A stretch of 64,000 nucleotides of DNA from a virus, in IMG/VR virus record IMGVR_UViG_3300045996_003284, positions 10,248-74,247 of that record; one strand, given 5' to 3'. Below the pieces are notes generated by a model that saw only the letters and a program-made list of their open reading frames with translations, did no database searches and was not told where the DNA came from. A program made the position numbers and the translations under genes. Of this stretch, positions 8,613 through 17,370 are shown piece by piece. Position 1 is the first letter of the stretch. Each line of letters opens with the position of its first letter.

Positions 8613-9383
8613 TCAGGCACACGTTCCCGGTGGCGGCAAAGTGGCGCGGTTGCGGGTAAAATAGGCGAACAGATAAGCGCAGGCGGTCGAGATCATCCCG
8701 GCAAGGCCGATGGCAACCTCTGCTTCCATGGGGGTATCCGGCATCGCTTTGTTCCATAAGGCCTGGAGGACGAAGGCCAGCGGGATGCCAACAAAGACAC
8801 CGCCGACGGGAATGGCGTTGACCTTGCGAGTTGGCAACGCAGTCGGCTGGTCTACCAGCGGCGGGACCGGTTTCTCTCCCGGTGGCGCGGTGGGAACCGG
8901 AACCGGCGACGGAACGCCGGGGGCGGCGGGCAGCGGAGCCACGACCCGCGTTCCGGTGTAAGCGGCGGCCACCGCTGTCGCGATCGTCTCTTCGGTATAG
9001 GGTACGCTCCCGATTTCCTCCGGCATCATCGCGACCACCAGGGCGCTCAGGATAGCCGGATCTTCCAGGTCAAGTTCAGCATCCGCCGCGACGTTGAGAC
9101 GCTGCGCCACTCGGCTGATGTAGCTTCCGGTGTCATTATCATCCTCCGGCGGCGCCCAGCGGCGGACAATGCCCTGGACCGTTCGGAGCTTGTGCTTGCG
9201 GTAATAGGTCAGCAGGTTACGGGCGGCAGCACGGATGCCGTGATGGGCATCCTCGAACGCGACGTAGTCGCTGTCCGGCTGATGGGCCGCCTTGCCATGC
9301 CAGGCAATTTCGGAATGCCGGAGGTTTAACGGGTTGTTTACTCTTAACCCACGTGGCAGACCAGTCTGATAAACGGAAGCCAT
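8613..9383 (-). CDS. Endolysin (lysozyme-like NNPxNL...RWAP family) with Pro-rich linker and two C-terminal TM helices
   Basis: RGLRVNNPLNLR, F...HGIRA, TVQGIVRRWAPPEDDNDT.SY; hydrophobic C-terminal hairpin. Confidence 0.8.
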   Translation of the reverse strand: MASVYQTGLPRGLRVNNPLNLRHSEIAWHGKAAHQPDSDYVAFEDAHHGIRAAARNLLTYYRKHKLRTVQGIVRRWAPPEDDNDTGSYISRVAQRLNVAADAELDLEDPAILSALVVAMMPEEIGSVPYTEETIATAVAAAYTGTRVVAPLPAAPGVPSPVPVPTAPPGEKPVPPLVDQPTALPTRKVNAIPVGGVFVGIPLAFVLQALWNKAMPDTPMEAEVAIGLAGMISTACAYLFAYFTRNRATLPPPGTCA

Positions 9384-9448
9384 GGAAAAACTCGCGCGCA
9401 GGAACCGCGCCGAATACGGGCGGGCGGTTACGGTTTAGGTGAAGCCGC

Positions 9449-9937
9449 CTAGCGTGCCTGGTTGAGCCGGTGCTGCGGCAGGGAAAACGACACGTCAGGG
9501 GGTGCCACGATGATTGGGAAAAACTTCTGCAAGGGGTTGCAGTAGTACTCGATGCGAACGCGGTACGAGGCCGTATGGTCAAGCCAGTCGGGAATCTCGA
9601 AGGTAACGCGCCACGTCAGGGGATCGCCGTCGTCCGGTATGATCGGCCCTTGATACTCAATCTCGCGCGATGACAGTGGAATCACCACGCCGTTGACGAT
9701 CCAGTGGTAAGCTCTTCCGGAACAACTGCGGGTTTGCACACCGCGCCACTCGATATGCCCGATGTTGGGAGAGACCTGATCCCATCCGATGAATTTTCCC
9801 GTCACACCCATCATCGGCGGACGGCGGTCGATCAGCCAGTATCCCAGCAGGCCAACCACGATGACGATGGTGAGCGCAAAGAAATGACCGACATAGAGAA
9901 ATCGGCGTTCCGGGCTTCGGACAACATCGTTGACCAT
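9449..9937 (-). CDS. Single-pass membrane protein of the lysis cassette
   Basis: N-terminal TM (FFALTIVIVVGLLGYWLI), beta-rich domain with a Cys pair. Confidence 0.6.
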   Translation of the reverse strand: MVNDVVRSPERRFLYVGHFFALTIVIVVGLLGYWLIDRRPPMMGVTGKFIGWDQVSPNIGHIEWRGVQTRSCSGRAYHWIVNGVVIPLSSREIEYQGPIIPDDGDPLTWRVTFEIPDWLDHTASYRVRIEYYCNPLQKFFPIIVAPPDVSFSLPQHRLNQAR

Positions 9938-9944
9938 GGAAACC

Positions 9945-10250
9945 TCAAGGGGGGGATGGGGGGCTTTTGAGGACGAGGGTGATCAGGGCACCAACGACGG
10001 AGGTGGCGATCAGACAGAGGACGGCGAGGATGAAGTTCTCGACACGAGAAAAGCGTTTGTCGTTTGCCTCACGGATATCCTTGAGATCGCGGTCTACCTG
10101 TTCGTGAATGTCCTTGACTTCCTTGTCGACGCGCCTTTCAAGCTGAGCCACCCGATAGCGCAGAACTCCGATGTCATTGGACGGGGGCCTTTCCTCGGGA
10201 TCATTATCCATTTTTGCTCGCGAGCTCCGGTAAAAGGCGCGAGAAGGCAT
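9945..10250 (-). CDS. Holin-like coiled-coil plus C-terminal TM protein
   Basis: Coiled coil then FILAVLCLIATSVVGALITLVL; first gene after the fibre genes. Confidence 0.5.
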   Translation of the reverse strand: MPSRAFYRSSRAKMDNDPEERPPSNDIGVLRYRVAQLERRVDKEVKDIHEQVDRDLKDIREANDKRFSRVENFILAVLCLIATSVVGALITLVLKSPPSPP

Positions 10251-10305
10251 CGTCCAACACCAGGATTGACATGCGCTCTCGTGGATTGTCTAGGAGGGGG
10301 AGGGC

Positions 10306-11382
10306 TTAGGGAGGTGCGTTGCTGGAGAGCCAGACGCGCGGCGCGCTGTTGGTGTTGATCGCGGCCAGATTATGGTGGTTCAGCATGTTTCCAGAAATGT
10401 TCAGGTCGCTGGACGTGGCATCCGCTTCAATAGAGTGCTTGTGGCGCAAAGTGTTCCAGGACATGACCTGATTGCCCGTGATATTCCAGTTGGCCGACGC
10501 GATCAGCCGCAGGGCAGAATAGGTTCCGGTCGCGGCCTGACTGTTTGTATGGATAAAATTGCCGTTGAACACGCACCAGTTTGACAAATTGGCGTAAATC
10601 CCTTCCTCCCGGCTTTCCTCGAACCGGTTGCCGATGATTCTGAGCATATCGGAGTTTTCAAGCCTCAGAGCGTACCGGTTATTCCAATGTTCGTTCCCGA
10701 CATACTGCCCCGCGTGTGAATTGTGTAAGTAACATCCGGCCGTGGAATAGGGACCGGTGCCGCCGCCGAAAGCATTGTTGACGATGACAGGGTCGTGTGC
10801 CCAAAACATGTACAATTGTTCCAGACCATTTTCAAGAAATAGGCACCGCGTGACGCGATTGCCGGACTGAGGGATTGCCTCAGTGCCGCTGAATGCCAAG
10901 CCGTGCCCCCCAGCGTTGATCGCGAAAAAGCACCGATCGACATTGTTGGACCCATTTATACCCCAAAAGATGACGCCACTGCCGGTGCCGCTGCCGTGCT
11001 GGAAGGCCAATTCCTCGATTGAGCAAAAGGTGGCATCGTAGAGTTCGAGGACCGCGCCGTTGCCGAAACGCCGGATGGTGGTGTTGGTACCGCCCTCGCC
11101 GATGAGCCGGATATTCGTGGCGTTGGGAATGGACAAAACAGAGGTTGTACGGTAGAGGCCCGCCGGGAAGAAAACTGTCTTCCAAGCGTTTTGGCTGAGT
11201 GCCGCCTGGATAGCCGCGGTATCATCTGCCACACCGTCCCCCACAGCCCCGTACTGCCGCACGGAAACGGCGGACCGGCCTTCTACCGTATCAATAAGAT
11301 TGTAGATATCCTCTCCGGATATCCCGCCAACCGCGTTGAGCGGCATATCCGCCTTAAGACTGGACACAAGCTTGGCAACCAT
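10306..11382 (-). CDS. Pectate-lyase-like beta-helix tailspike/depolymerase with N-terminal LKxxMP module
   Basis: VSVRQYGAVGDGVADDTAAIQAAL, FFPAGLY, repeated I.GN/N.F rungs. Confidence 0.85.
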   Translation of the reverse strand: MVAKLVSSLKADMPLNAVGGISGEDIYNLIDTVEGRSAVSVRQYGAVGDGVADDTAAIQAALSQNAWKTVFFPAGLYRTTSVLSIPNATNIRLIGEGGTNTTIRRFGNGAVLELYDATFCSIEELAFQHGSGTGSGVIFWGINGSNNVDRCFFAINAGGHGLAFSGTEAIPQSGNRVTRCLFLENGLEQLYMFWAHDPVIVNNAFGGGTGPYSTAGCYLHNSHAGQYVGNEHWNNRYALRLENSDMLRIIGNRFEESREEGIYANLSNWCVFNGNFIHTNSQAATGTYSALRLIASANWNITGNQVMSWNTLRHKHSIEADATSSDLNISGNMLNHHNLAAINTNSAPRVWLSSNAPP

Positions 11383-11391
11383 AGCGACTCC

Positions 11392-12078
11392 TCAGCCCGA
11401 CAGAACCGAACCGTAGAAATGATTGGTGAACTGGTTGGTGAAAAGGTTCGCGGGGGCGTTCGGATCGATGATCGTGACAATCCCGAGAGCGTTTCCGAGC
11501 GTGCATCCAGACGCCTGGATCAACTCAACCGCCAAATCCTCGCGCATCTCGGACCGGGTGTCGCCGACCGTTGATAGGACGGCGGACTGTGTGCCGACCC
11601 CGGCTGCGAAGGTCAGAGTCTGCTGGAAGGCTGTGTAGTCCTCTGCGGGCGCGGCACTCAGCGCCACCGTCCGGATGGTGACGGAGCATGGTCCGCCGTT
11701 CGATTTCGTCACCGGAATCGCCAGTGTCTGACCCTCAATAACACTCAGCGCCTGCGGAATGCTGACAACTGGCAGCACCCCGCCACCCGATGTCGGCATA
11801 TAGCCAAGATTGCTGGACACCTGGATAGCGTCGGCCTCGTCGAGCGGAGCACGCCAAGCCCGGATTTCCTGGATCAACAGGCTGGCCGGCTCAAGACCGG
11901 ACGGAACGGTGGCACCGAAGCGCAGCACGGATACCGTGCCCGTGGTCAGGTCATCCCCGGCCGCGGCTGATTGCTCGCTGACTTTCCCCCCGCCGGCGTA
12001 CAGAGCCACCTTCACCCCGGCCTCCACCGTCAAGACGGCGGTCGTGATGATTCCGACCGGATCGTTCTGGAACGCCAC
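11392..12078 (-). CDS. C-terminal fragment of the tail lectin protein (LamG-like end, Calx-beta, FTNQFTNHF motif)
   Basis: Homologous to the second half of repeat 1 in 12241..14946 and in the same frame; GTG start with no RBS. Confidence 0.65.
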   Translation of the reverse strand: MAFQNDPVGIITTAVLTVEAGVKVALYAGGGKVSEQSAAAGDDLTTGTVSVLRFGATVPSGLEPASLLIQEIRAWRAPLDEADAIQVSSNLGYMPTSGGGVLPVVSIPQALSVIEGQTLAIPVTKSNGGPCSVTIRTVALSAAPAEDYTAFQQTLTFAAGVGTQSAVLSTVGDTRSEMREDLAVELIQASGCTLGNALGIVTIIDPNAPANLFTNQFTNHFYGSVLSG

Positions 12079-12240
12079 TGGTCAGGAACCCGCGCGGCGA
12101 ATATCGATCGACGACAGCAGCGTCGGTGCCTGGGCAAAGGACAGTTGGCTGCCGGTATAACTCAGTGATTGCATACTGCCTCCGAAAATGCGGACTTCAA
12201 GGCAAGCCGGCGCCGGTAAGGATGAAGGACCCGAGCGATG

Positions 12241-14946
12241 TCAGGCTGGATCATCGGCGGTCAGGACATCACCGTGTGAGAACACGCCGTTGACACCGCC
12301 TTCCGTATCCTTCGCCATCCAGATTCTCTGGACCGTTGGGGTGTCACGCAGCCGGATGAAGCGGATGCCAAGTGTGTAGTTGGCCTGTTGGTACCAGATC
12401 CCTGACGCCATCAGGATGTCGGCGGCACGGTGCGTCCGAGCAACGGCGCCGGTCACGAGGATGGGCGACGACATGTTGGCGGCCGGCTCAACCTGAAGAT
12501 GGCAGAGATCGAAACCGTTGCTGGGATCGCCGGCCAGCGTTGTGAGCTGCGTGGAGTCGGTGACTGTCACCGTGACCTGGGGGGCAACGTTGGCGGTGAT
12601 ACTCTGCGTGCGGGTAAGAGCGACGCGGTACCAGCCGACCATGATGGGATCGTTCTCCACCGTCGCAGTGACCCCAGAATCGACGGCCAGAACGGTGCCA
12701 GCCCCAACCAGATCGACATGTGTGGCACGGACAATGTTGTCGATGCCCCGGAAGGTCAATCGCAACCAGCGGCGGTTGACGGGGCGGAGAATCACCGAAA
12801 CGGTTACGGTTCCGGTCGGAATATCGCAGTTGGCCGAGGTCAGGGTCACCGAGATGCGGTGTTCGGCAGTCGTTGCGGTCTCTCGGAAGCGGAGATAGCG
12901 AGTTCCGGTTGGCGATGAAGTGTTGGGATCGATGATCGGGAACTCGCCGGTAAACTCACGGCTAAAGTCTTGGCTAAAGCCCTGAGCATCGGCGACATCA
13001 TATTCGAAGTTGTACTCTTCTGTAAACTCGTGCACCGGCTCCGGAGAGACGTATTCGGGACTGTACTCATCGCTGAACTCACGGACAGCGGTTTCCGCCA
13101 CAGCGGAGGACAGTGCGAGGACGCCCGCGGAAGGAATCCAGCCCGGATCGAAGCTGTCGAACAACCTCTGCTCGGCTGCCGATGCTTCCATCAGGAGACC
13201 GGACACGCCGGGAGCCGTGTAGTGCCGACGGAAGCCGTTGGCCGGGATCGCCGTCCACATTCCAAACTCATTGCGCGACCAGGCGGTTGAGGATCGTGAA
13301 AGGCTGAGCCCGTCCGGCAGCGCGGTGGTCAGGACCAGGCGGGTCGAGGTGTCTAAGCTGGCGCTTTCGGTACTGAGCAACAGCACGTTACAGACACCGT
13401 TTCCGATGGTGACGCCCGCGCCAGCCTGGATCTCGATCCGGAAGGTCCGGTCGGAGATGACGCTGCGCGTGAGCAGGCCGACCGTGATGACGGCCGAACT
13501 CTGTCCAACCGCGAAGGTGACCGTTCCCTGAGATCCCACATAATCACGGGAAGCCAGGGCGGTGCCGTCAAGGGTGCGGTAGGTGACCGTGCCTCCGGTC
13601 GGCTTTCCAATCAGGACGACCAGCAGGCTGACGGTTGTCGCGGCGGGCAAAACGGTCAGGTCAGGTTGAACGGTAGCCTCTGGAACGATTGCCGCGACAC
13701 CCGTCTGTGACAAATCCACGGAGTAGGACTGGACCGCCGACAAAGCCAGTGCGGTGTTCCAAAATTTGAGGCGGCGCAACAGCATCGGCATGGCTCGGCT
13801 GCCGTCGCTGCGCGCGCCGATGCGGAACGTGGTGAAAGATGAGGCAGCCGTTCCGGTGCCGTCGCTGCCCAGGATGAAACCGTCCTGTGATAGCAGAAAT
13901 CCGTTGGTAGCGTTGGTGAAGACGACCGTGCGCGCCGTGGTGGGCGGCGGTGCCGGACCGGACAGGTTGGTCGACACGGTGCCGCCGGTCGAGACGCTGT
14001 AGATGATGCTCGAGGCATCGTTGTCGATCTGGATGGAATCCGCGCCGGACAGATGCAGCACAGTAGCGGAACCGGAGGCATACGGAATGTACTCGACTCC
14101 GAATGTCTTGTCGCCGGACGTGACCCAGTCCACTGAAGTGGTCAGGATATCAGCCGGGCGGATGACAGTGGATGTTCCGGTGTTGAGGATCGGCGAGGTA
14201 ACCTCACTGCCAACTTCAGCGCCCGCGTAGGCCAACCAGAAGCCGCTGGTACCATCGCCGCTGAAGGCCCGGTTGCCACCAGGATCGTAGACGTTCATTT
14301 GGAGCGCCGGAGCCGTGGTTCCGGTGCCGTAATCGTTGACCGCCGTTAGAGTGTAGAATCCATCGGTGTCACGCGTGATTGACGCGCCGGCCAGCCCGTT
14401 GCTGCTGATAACGGCGCCGTTGCCTTGAAGAAGAAAGCGGGCACTCGCGATGGCCCCGCTTTTGGCGGTCAGGAACAGGCCGATGCTGCTGTAGGTCCCA
14501 GTCGGCTTAAGAACGGCGGTGACCGCGATGGTAACTGCGTCCGGCAAGACTGCCGCGTGGCTGGCGTTGCCGAAGATGCAGTCCCATCCGTGAAACGCGT
14601 TGGTTGTGTTCGGGGTAATTCGGAGCGCGCCAGAACCAAACGGAGTCTGTACCGTGGAATCCTGCACCAAGGTGGCTTGAACCGACGTGAAGGTCGGCTG
14701 GCGGGTCCGAAAGATCAGTTGGGTGCGCGCCGGTTCGACGATCGTGTAAGGACCGTTGAGCGTGATCGGATGGTACCAGGTCCGCGGCTGGTTGGCGGCG
14801 ACGGCAACCCAGCGTCCGCTGTTGTTGCGGCCCAGAGCCACAGCATCCCGTTGCAGGGTGATGCCAGTCGGGACCGCGCCGCCGAACTCGAAAGTCCGGG
14901 ATGCCGCCGGCAGGATCTCGTTCGTATCTTCTTGGAAGAACCACAT
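12241..14946 (-). CDS. Tail receptor-binding protein: two LamG-like lectin repeats and Calx-beta; second repeat truncated
   Basis: Two T/S.R.....N..G.W....N..R...E...Q repeats; VTYRTLDGTA...DY....GTVTFA.G Calx-beta. Confidence 0.75.
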   Translation of the reverse strand: MWFFQEDTNEILPAASRTFEFGGAVPTGITLQRDAVALGRNNSGRWVAVAANQPRTWYHPITLNGPYTIVEPARTQLIFRTRQPTFTSVQATLVQDSTVQTPFGSGALRITPNTTNAFHGWDCIFGNASHAAVLPDAVTIAVTAVLKPTGTYSSIGLFLTAKSGAIASARFLLQGNGAVISSNGLAGASITRDTDGFYTLTAVNDYGTGTTAPALQMNVYDPGGNRAFSGDGTSGFWLAYAGAEVGSEVTSPILNTGTSTVIRPADILTTSVDWVTSGDKTFGVEYIPYASGSATVLHLSGADSIQIDNDASSIIYSVSTGGTVSTNLSGPAPPPTTARTVVFTNATNGFLLSQDGFILGSDGTGTAASSFTTFRIGARSDGSRAMPMLLRRLKFWNTALALSAVQSYSVDLSQTGVAAIVPEATVQPDLTVLPAATTVSLLVVLIGKPTGGTVTYRTLDGTALASRDYVGSQGTVTFAVGQSSAVITVGLLTRSVISDRTFRIEIQAGAGVTIGNGVCNVLLLSTESASLDTSTRLVLTTALPDGLSLSRSSTAWSRNEFGMWTAIPANGFRRHYTAPGVSGLLMEASAAEQRLFDSFDPGWIPSAGVLALSSAVAETAVREFSDEYSPEYVSPEPVHEFTEEYNFEYDVADAQGFSQDFSREFTGEFPIIDPNTSSPTGTRYLRFRETATTAEHRISVTLTSANCDIPTGTVTVSVILRPVNRRWLRLTFRGIDNIVRATHVDLVGAGTVLAVDSGVTATVENDPIMVGWYRVALTRTQSITANVAPQVTVTVTDSTQLTTLAGDPSNGFDLCHLQVEPAANMSSPILVTGAVARTHRAADILMASGIWYQQANYTLGIRFIRLRDTPTVQRIWMAKDTEGGVNGVFSHGDVLTADDPA

Positions 14947-14948
14947 TG

Positions 14949-16415
14949 CTAGGCGCTGGTGTGAGCGATGGAAAAACTGAAGTCAGCGGCATCCGCGGTG
15001 ATCGGCGTCAGCCGCAGTGTCAGCCGAGAACCAACCTGAACCTGAACAGGGCTGGATGGTGCCACCTCAGCGACACCGAGAGATGTCGCGATGCCAGAGA
15101 TTGGCGTCCCGCCAACCGGTGTGGCTCCGAGAAACAATTCGAAATTGACCGATCCGGAGATGCAAGTTGCCGCCATTGAACTGATGCTAATGGCGTGGTT
15201 GGCGCGCAGAATCAGCGTGTAGGATTTGACCTTGGGCCTTTCGATCATACCGCTAAGAGTGCCGGCAACACCGATAATGCGGCGTCCGGACAACGTGAGG
15301 TCACCGCCCAGACGCGGAGTTGGATCCGCCTGGAGGGTGGCGATACCCGGAGCCGGCGGGGTATAAGGGCGCCACAGGTTGTCACTTTCCAAGCGCAGGC
15401 TCTGACCGACGGTGGCGCTGGCCAGGCTGGTGTCTGGGCTGTCAACCAGTTTCTGAGCGCGGCGTCCGATGGTGTACTGACCGGACGCCTCGCCGGTCAC
15501 CGTGAACTGGTTGGGATCGAACAGCAGCGAGCGTAGCCTCAGCGAAACGCCCGACTTGTCGGAGAAGATGCGGACGACGGTGGCACCAGTCGCGCCGAGG
15601 TTTTCAGCCGTGTTGGCCTCGCCGCCGCCGGGTGTGCTAGTGCCGCTGATGACGATGTCGTTGCCATCGCGCACCACCGAGACGCCGTTAAAACCGCGCA
15701 ACCCGTAGGTGTTGAGTACGGTACCGGTCTTGGGTGCAGCAATTGAGACGGCCTGCCCGGCAGCCAGGCTACCGAGGGTGTTGACCTCGCCCGGCGCCGG
15801 ACTGCTGATCGTGATATCGCTGGCGTTCTCGGTCACCGTAATACCACCGGTGGACCGGAGTCGACGGAAGCTGTGGACGGTGCCGGTGTTGCCGGCGTAG
15901 ACAGCGGCGGCTCCCGTCTCCGAGGTCAGGTTGACGATCGAGATGGCGAACTCGCCGGGAGCGGTGAATCCGTAAGTACCATCGGGTAGCTTGGCCAGAA
16001 GTTGTCCAGGCGTCGCGGTGGTGCTCGCAAGGTCCGTGATGTCACGCATCCGGATCGTGCGATCCCCGCCGTCCACCGATCCCAGGGCTCCGGTCAGGTC
16101 AGCGTCGATCTCGTAGATCGTGCGGCGGAAGACTGAGACCGCGTCGATGTCACCGGGTGCTGGGACAGCGTAGCCTCTCGGCGTGAAGTCGCGGGTGACC
16201 CAATAGTTGGCGTTCGACCGACTGAGGCCTTGGTAGGTGCCCGTTAGGATGATTTCGGTATCGGAAATGACAACGGCAACTGTGTATGTCAGGCCGTCGC
16301 CGTCCGCCATAAACCAATCGCCGGACTCGATGTTGATCAGCCAAGCGGTGCCAGTTCCAAGGACCGTAGGAGATCCGTTAGATACCGTGACTGTGCCGGT
16401 GCGGTACTGCGGCAT
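14949..16415 (-). CDS. Side tail fibre
   Basis: MPQYRTGTVTVSNGSPTVLGTGTAW N-terminus, GE.NT..L repeats, C-terminal beta-sandwich. Confidence 0.8.
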   Translation of the reverse strand: MPQYRTGTVTVSNGSPTVLGTGTAWLINIESGDWFMADGDGLTYTVAVVISDTEIILTGTYQGLSRSNANYWVTRDFTPRGYAVPAPGDIDAVSVFRRTIYEIDADLTGALGSVDGGDRTIRMRDITDLASTTATPGQLLAKLPDGTYGFTAPGEFAISIVNLTSETGAAAVYAGNTGTVHSFRRLRSTGGITVTENASDITISSPAPGEVNTLGSLAAGQAVSIAAPKTGTVLNTYGLRGFNGVSVVRDGNDIVISGTSTPGGGEANTAENLGATGATVVRIFSDKSGVSLRLRSLLFDPNQFTVTGEASGQYTIGRRAQKLVDSPDTSLASATVGQSLRLESDNLWRPYTPPAPGIATLQADPTPRLGGDLTLSGRRIIGVAGTLSGMIERPKVKSYTLILRANHAISISSMAATCISGSVNFELFLGATPVGGTPISGIATSLGVAEVAPSSPVQVQVGSRLTLRLTPITADAADFSFSIAHTSA

Positions 16416-16453
16416 CGGGAACTCCGGAAATGTGGGAAGTCCGCGCGAACGGA

Positions 16454-16918
16454 TTAAAGGCGACCGGGATGCCCGGAAAGGATTGGCTTGGGACGCTCTG
16501 GCGGTTTCTCACCGATAGCGTCCAGAGTCTCAGCCGTTGCGGTGACGATGGCCTGGATGGTGGCGCGGTCGCGGCTGGCGCGGACCTCCGCTTTGGCCGA
16601 CAGAGCGATCTGCTCGATGGCGGCGGCGGCGCCCTTCCAGACCGAGTCCATCCACAGCCACAGTTCGGCTAAGTCAATGGGCGTATCAGCGGTCAGGCCG
16701 GTTTCGGCAGCGAGATAGGGAAAGCCAGACAGGTCCACCGGGTTGCCACTCTGGACCTGATCCAAGTAGCGGATGGCCTCCGCGCGCTTGTCACTGTAGA
16801 TCTGGTGCTTCTGGGGTGCGGCAAAGCGAGCCCGGACGTGTGCTGCCGCAGCATCGATCGCGTCTTCCGCCTCGCGCCGGTCGAGCGCCACGTTCTTGGC
16901 AGCGGTGATCCGAATCAT
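16454..16918 (-). CDS. Tail fibre assembly-like protein
   Basis: IDAAAAHVRARF...QIYSDKRAEA..Y...FPYLAAE; ATGA-coupled to the upstream gene. Confidence 0.65.
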   Translation of the reverse strand: MIRITAAKNVALDRREAEDAIDAAAAHVRARFAAPQKHQIYSDKRAEAIRYLDQVQSGNPVDLSGFPYLAAETGLTADTPIDLAELWLWMDSVWKGAAAAIEQIALSAKAEVRASRDRATIQAIVTATAETLDAIGEKPPERPKPILSGHPGRL

Positions 16919-17370
16919 GTCGCGGTAATCTCCACCTTCCATGGCAGGAACGGGAACCGCCGGACCTCGATCGTGTAGACGCCAGGTGTCGCGGCGGCGA
17001 ATTCGAAGCCGCCGCCGAAGACCTGGGTCGTGGTCGTCTCAACGGTGGGATCGGGATCGTCGATGATGATCTCGCACGGGTTCGGTAGGCCCGTCAGAGT
17101 GGCGAAGTCTTCGCCATCGGCCGTGATGGCCGTCTTGTCAACGGCAACCTGCAGAACGGCCTTGTCGACCACGATTTCGACGCCGTTGAAAACCTGGACG
17201 TACTGAGTATTCGGATCGCTCGCGACTTCCAACAGATCGTGGTTGTCACTGCCCCACGGTGCCAGCGCCGCGCTGATCTGGGCGTCCCGGAATTCCGCGA
17301 TCAGCAGGATACCGCCGCTTGAGACGATTTCGCCGGTGTCGGTGCGGTAGATGGTGACCGGAGATGTCAT
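16915..17370 (-). CDS. Tail tip accessory protein
   Basis: ATGA overlap with the J stop; IY...TGEI N-terminus and Ig-like C-terminus. Confidence 0.6.
   Translation of the reverse strand: MTSPVTIYRTDTGEIVSSGGILLIAEFRDAQISAALAPWGSDNHDLLEVASDPNTQYVQVFNGVEIVVDKAVLQVAVDKTAITADGEDFATLTGLPNPCEIIIDDPDPTVETTTTQVFGGGFEFAAATPGVYTIEVRRFPFLPWKVEITAT

Noticed and set aside
12186-12205. GGACTTCAA resembling a tRNA-Sec anticodon arm, or Sec readthrough of the nearby TGA codons
   Set aside because: No cloverleaf or T-loop, no convincing SECIS, and the protein is not a redox type
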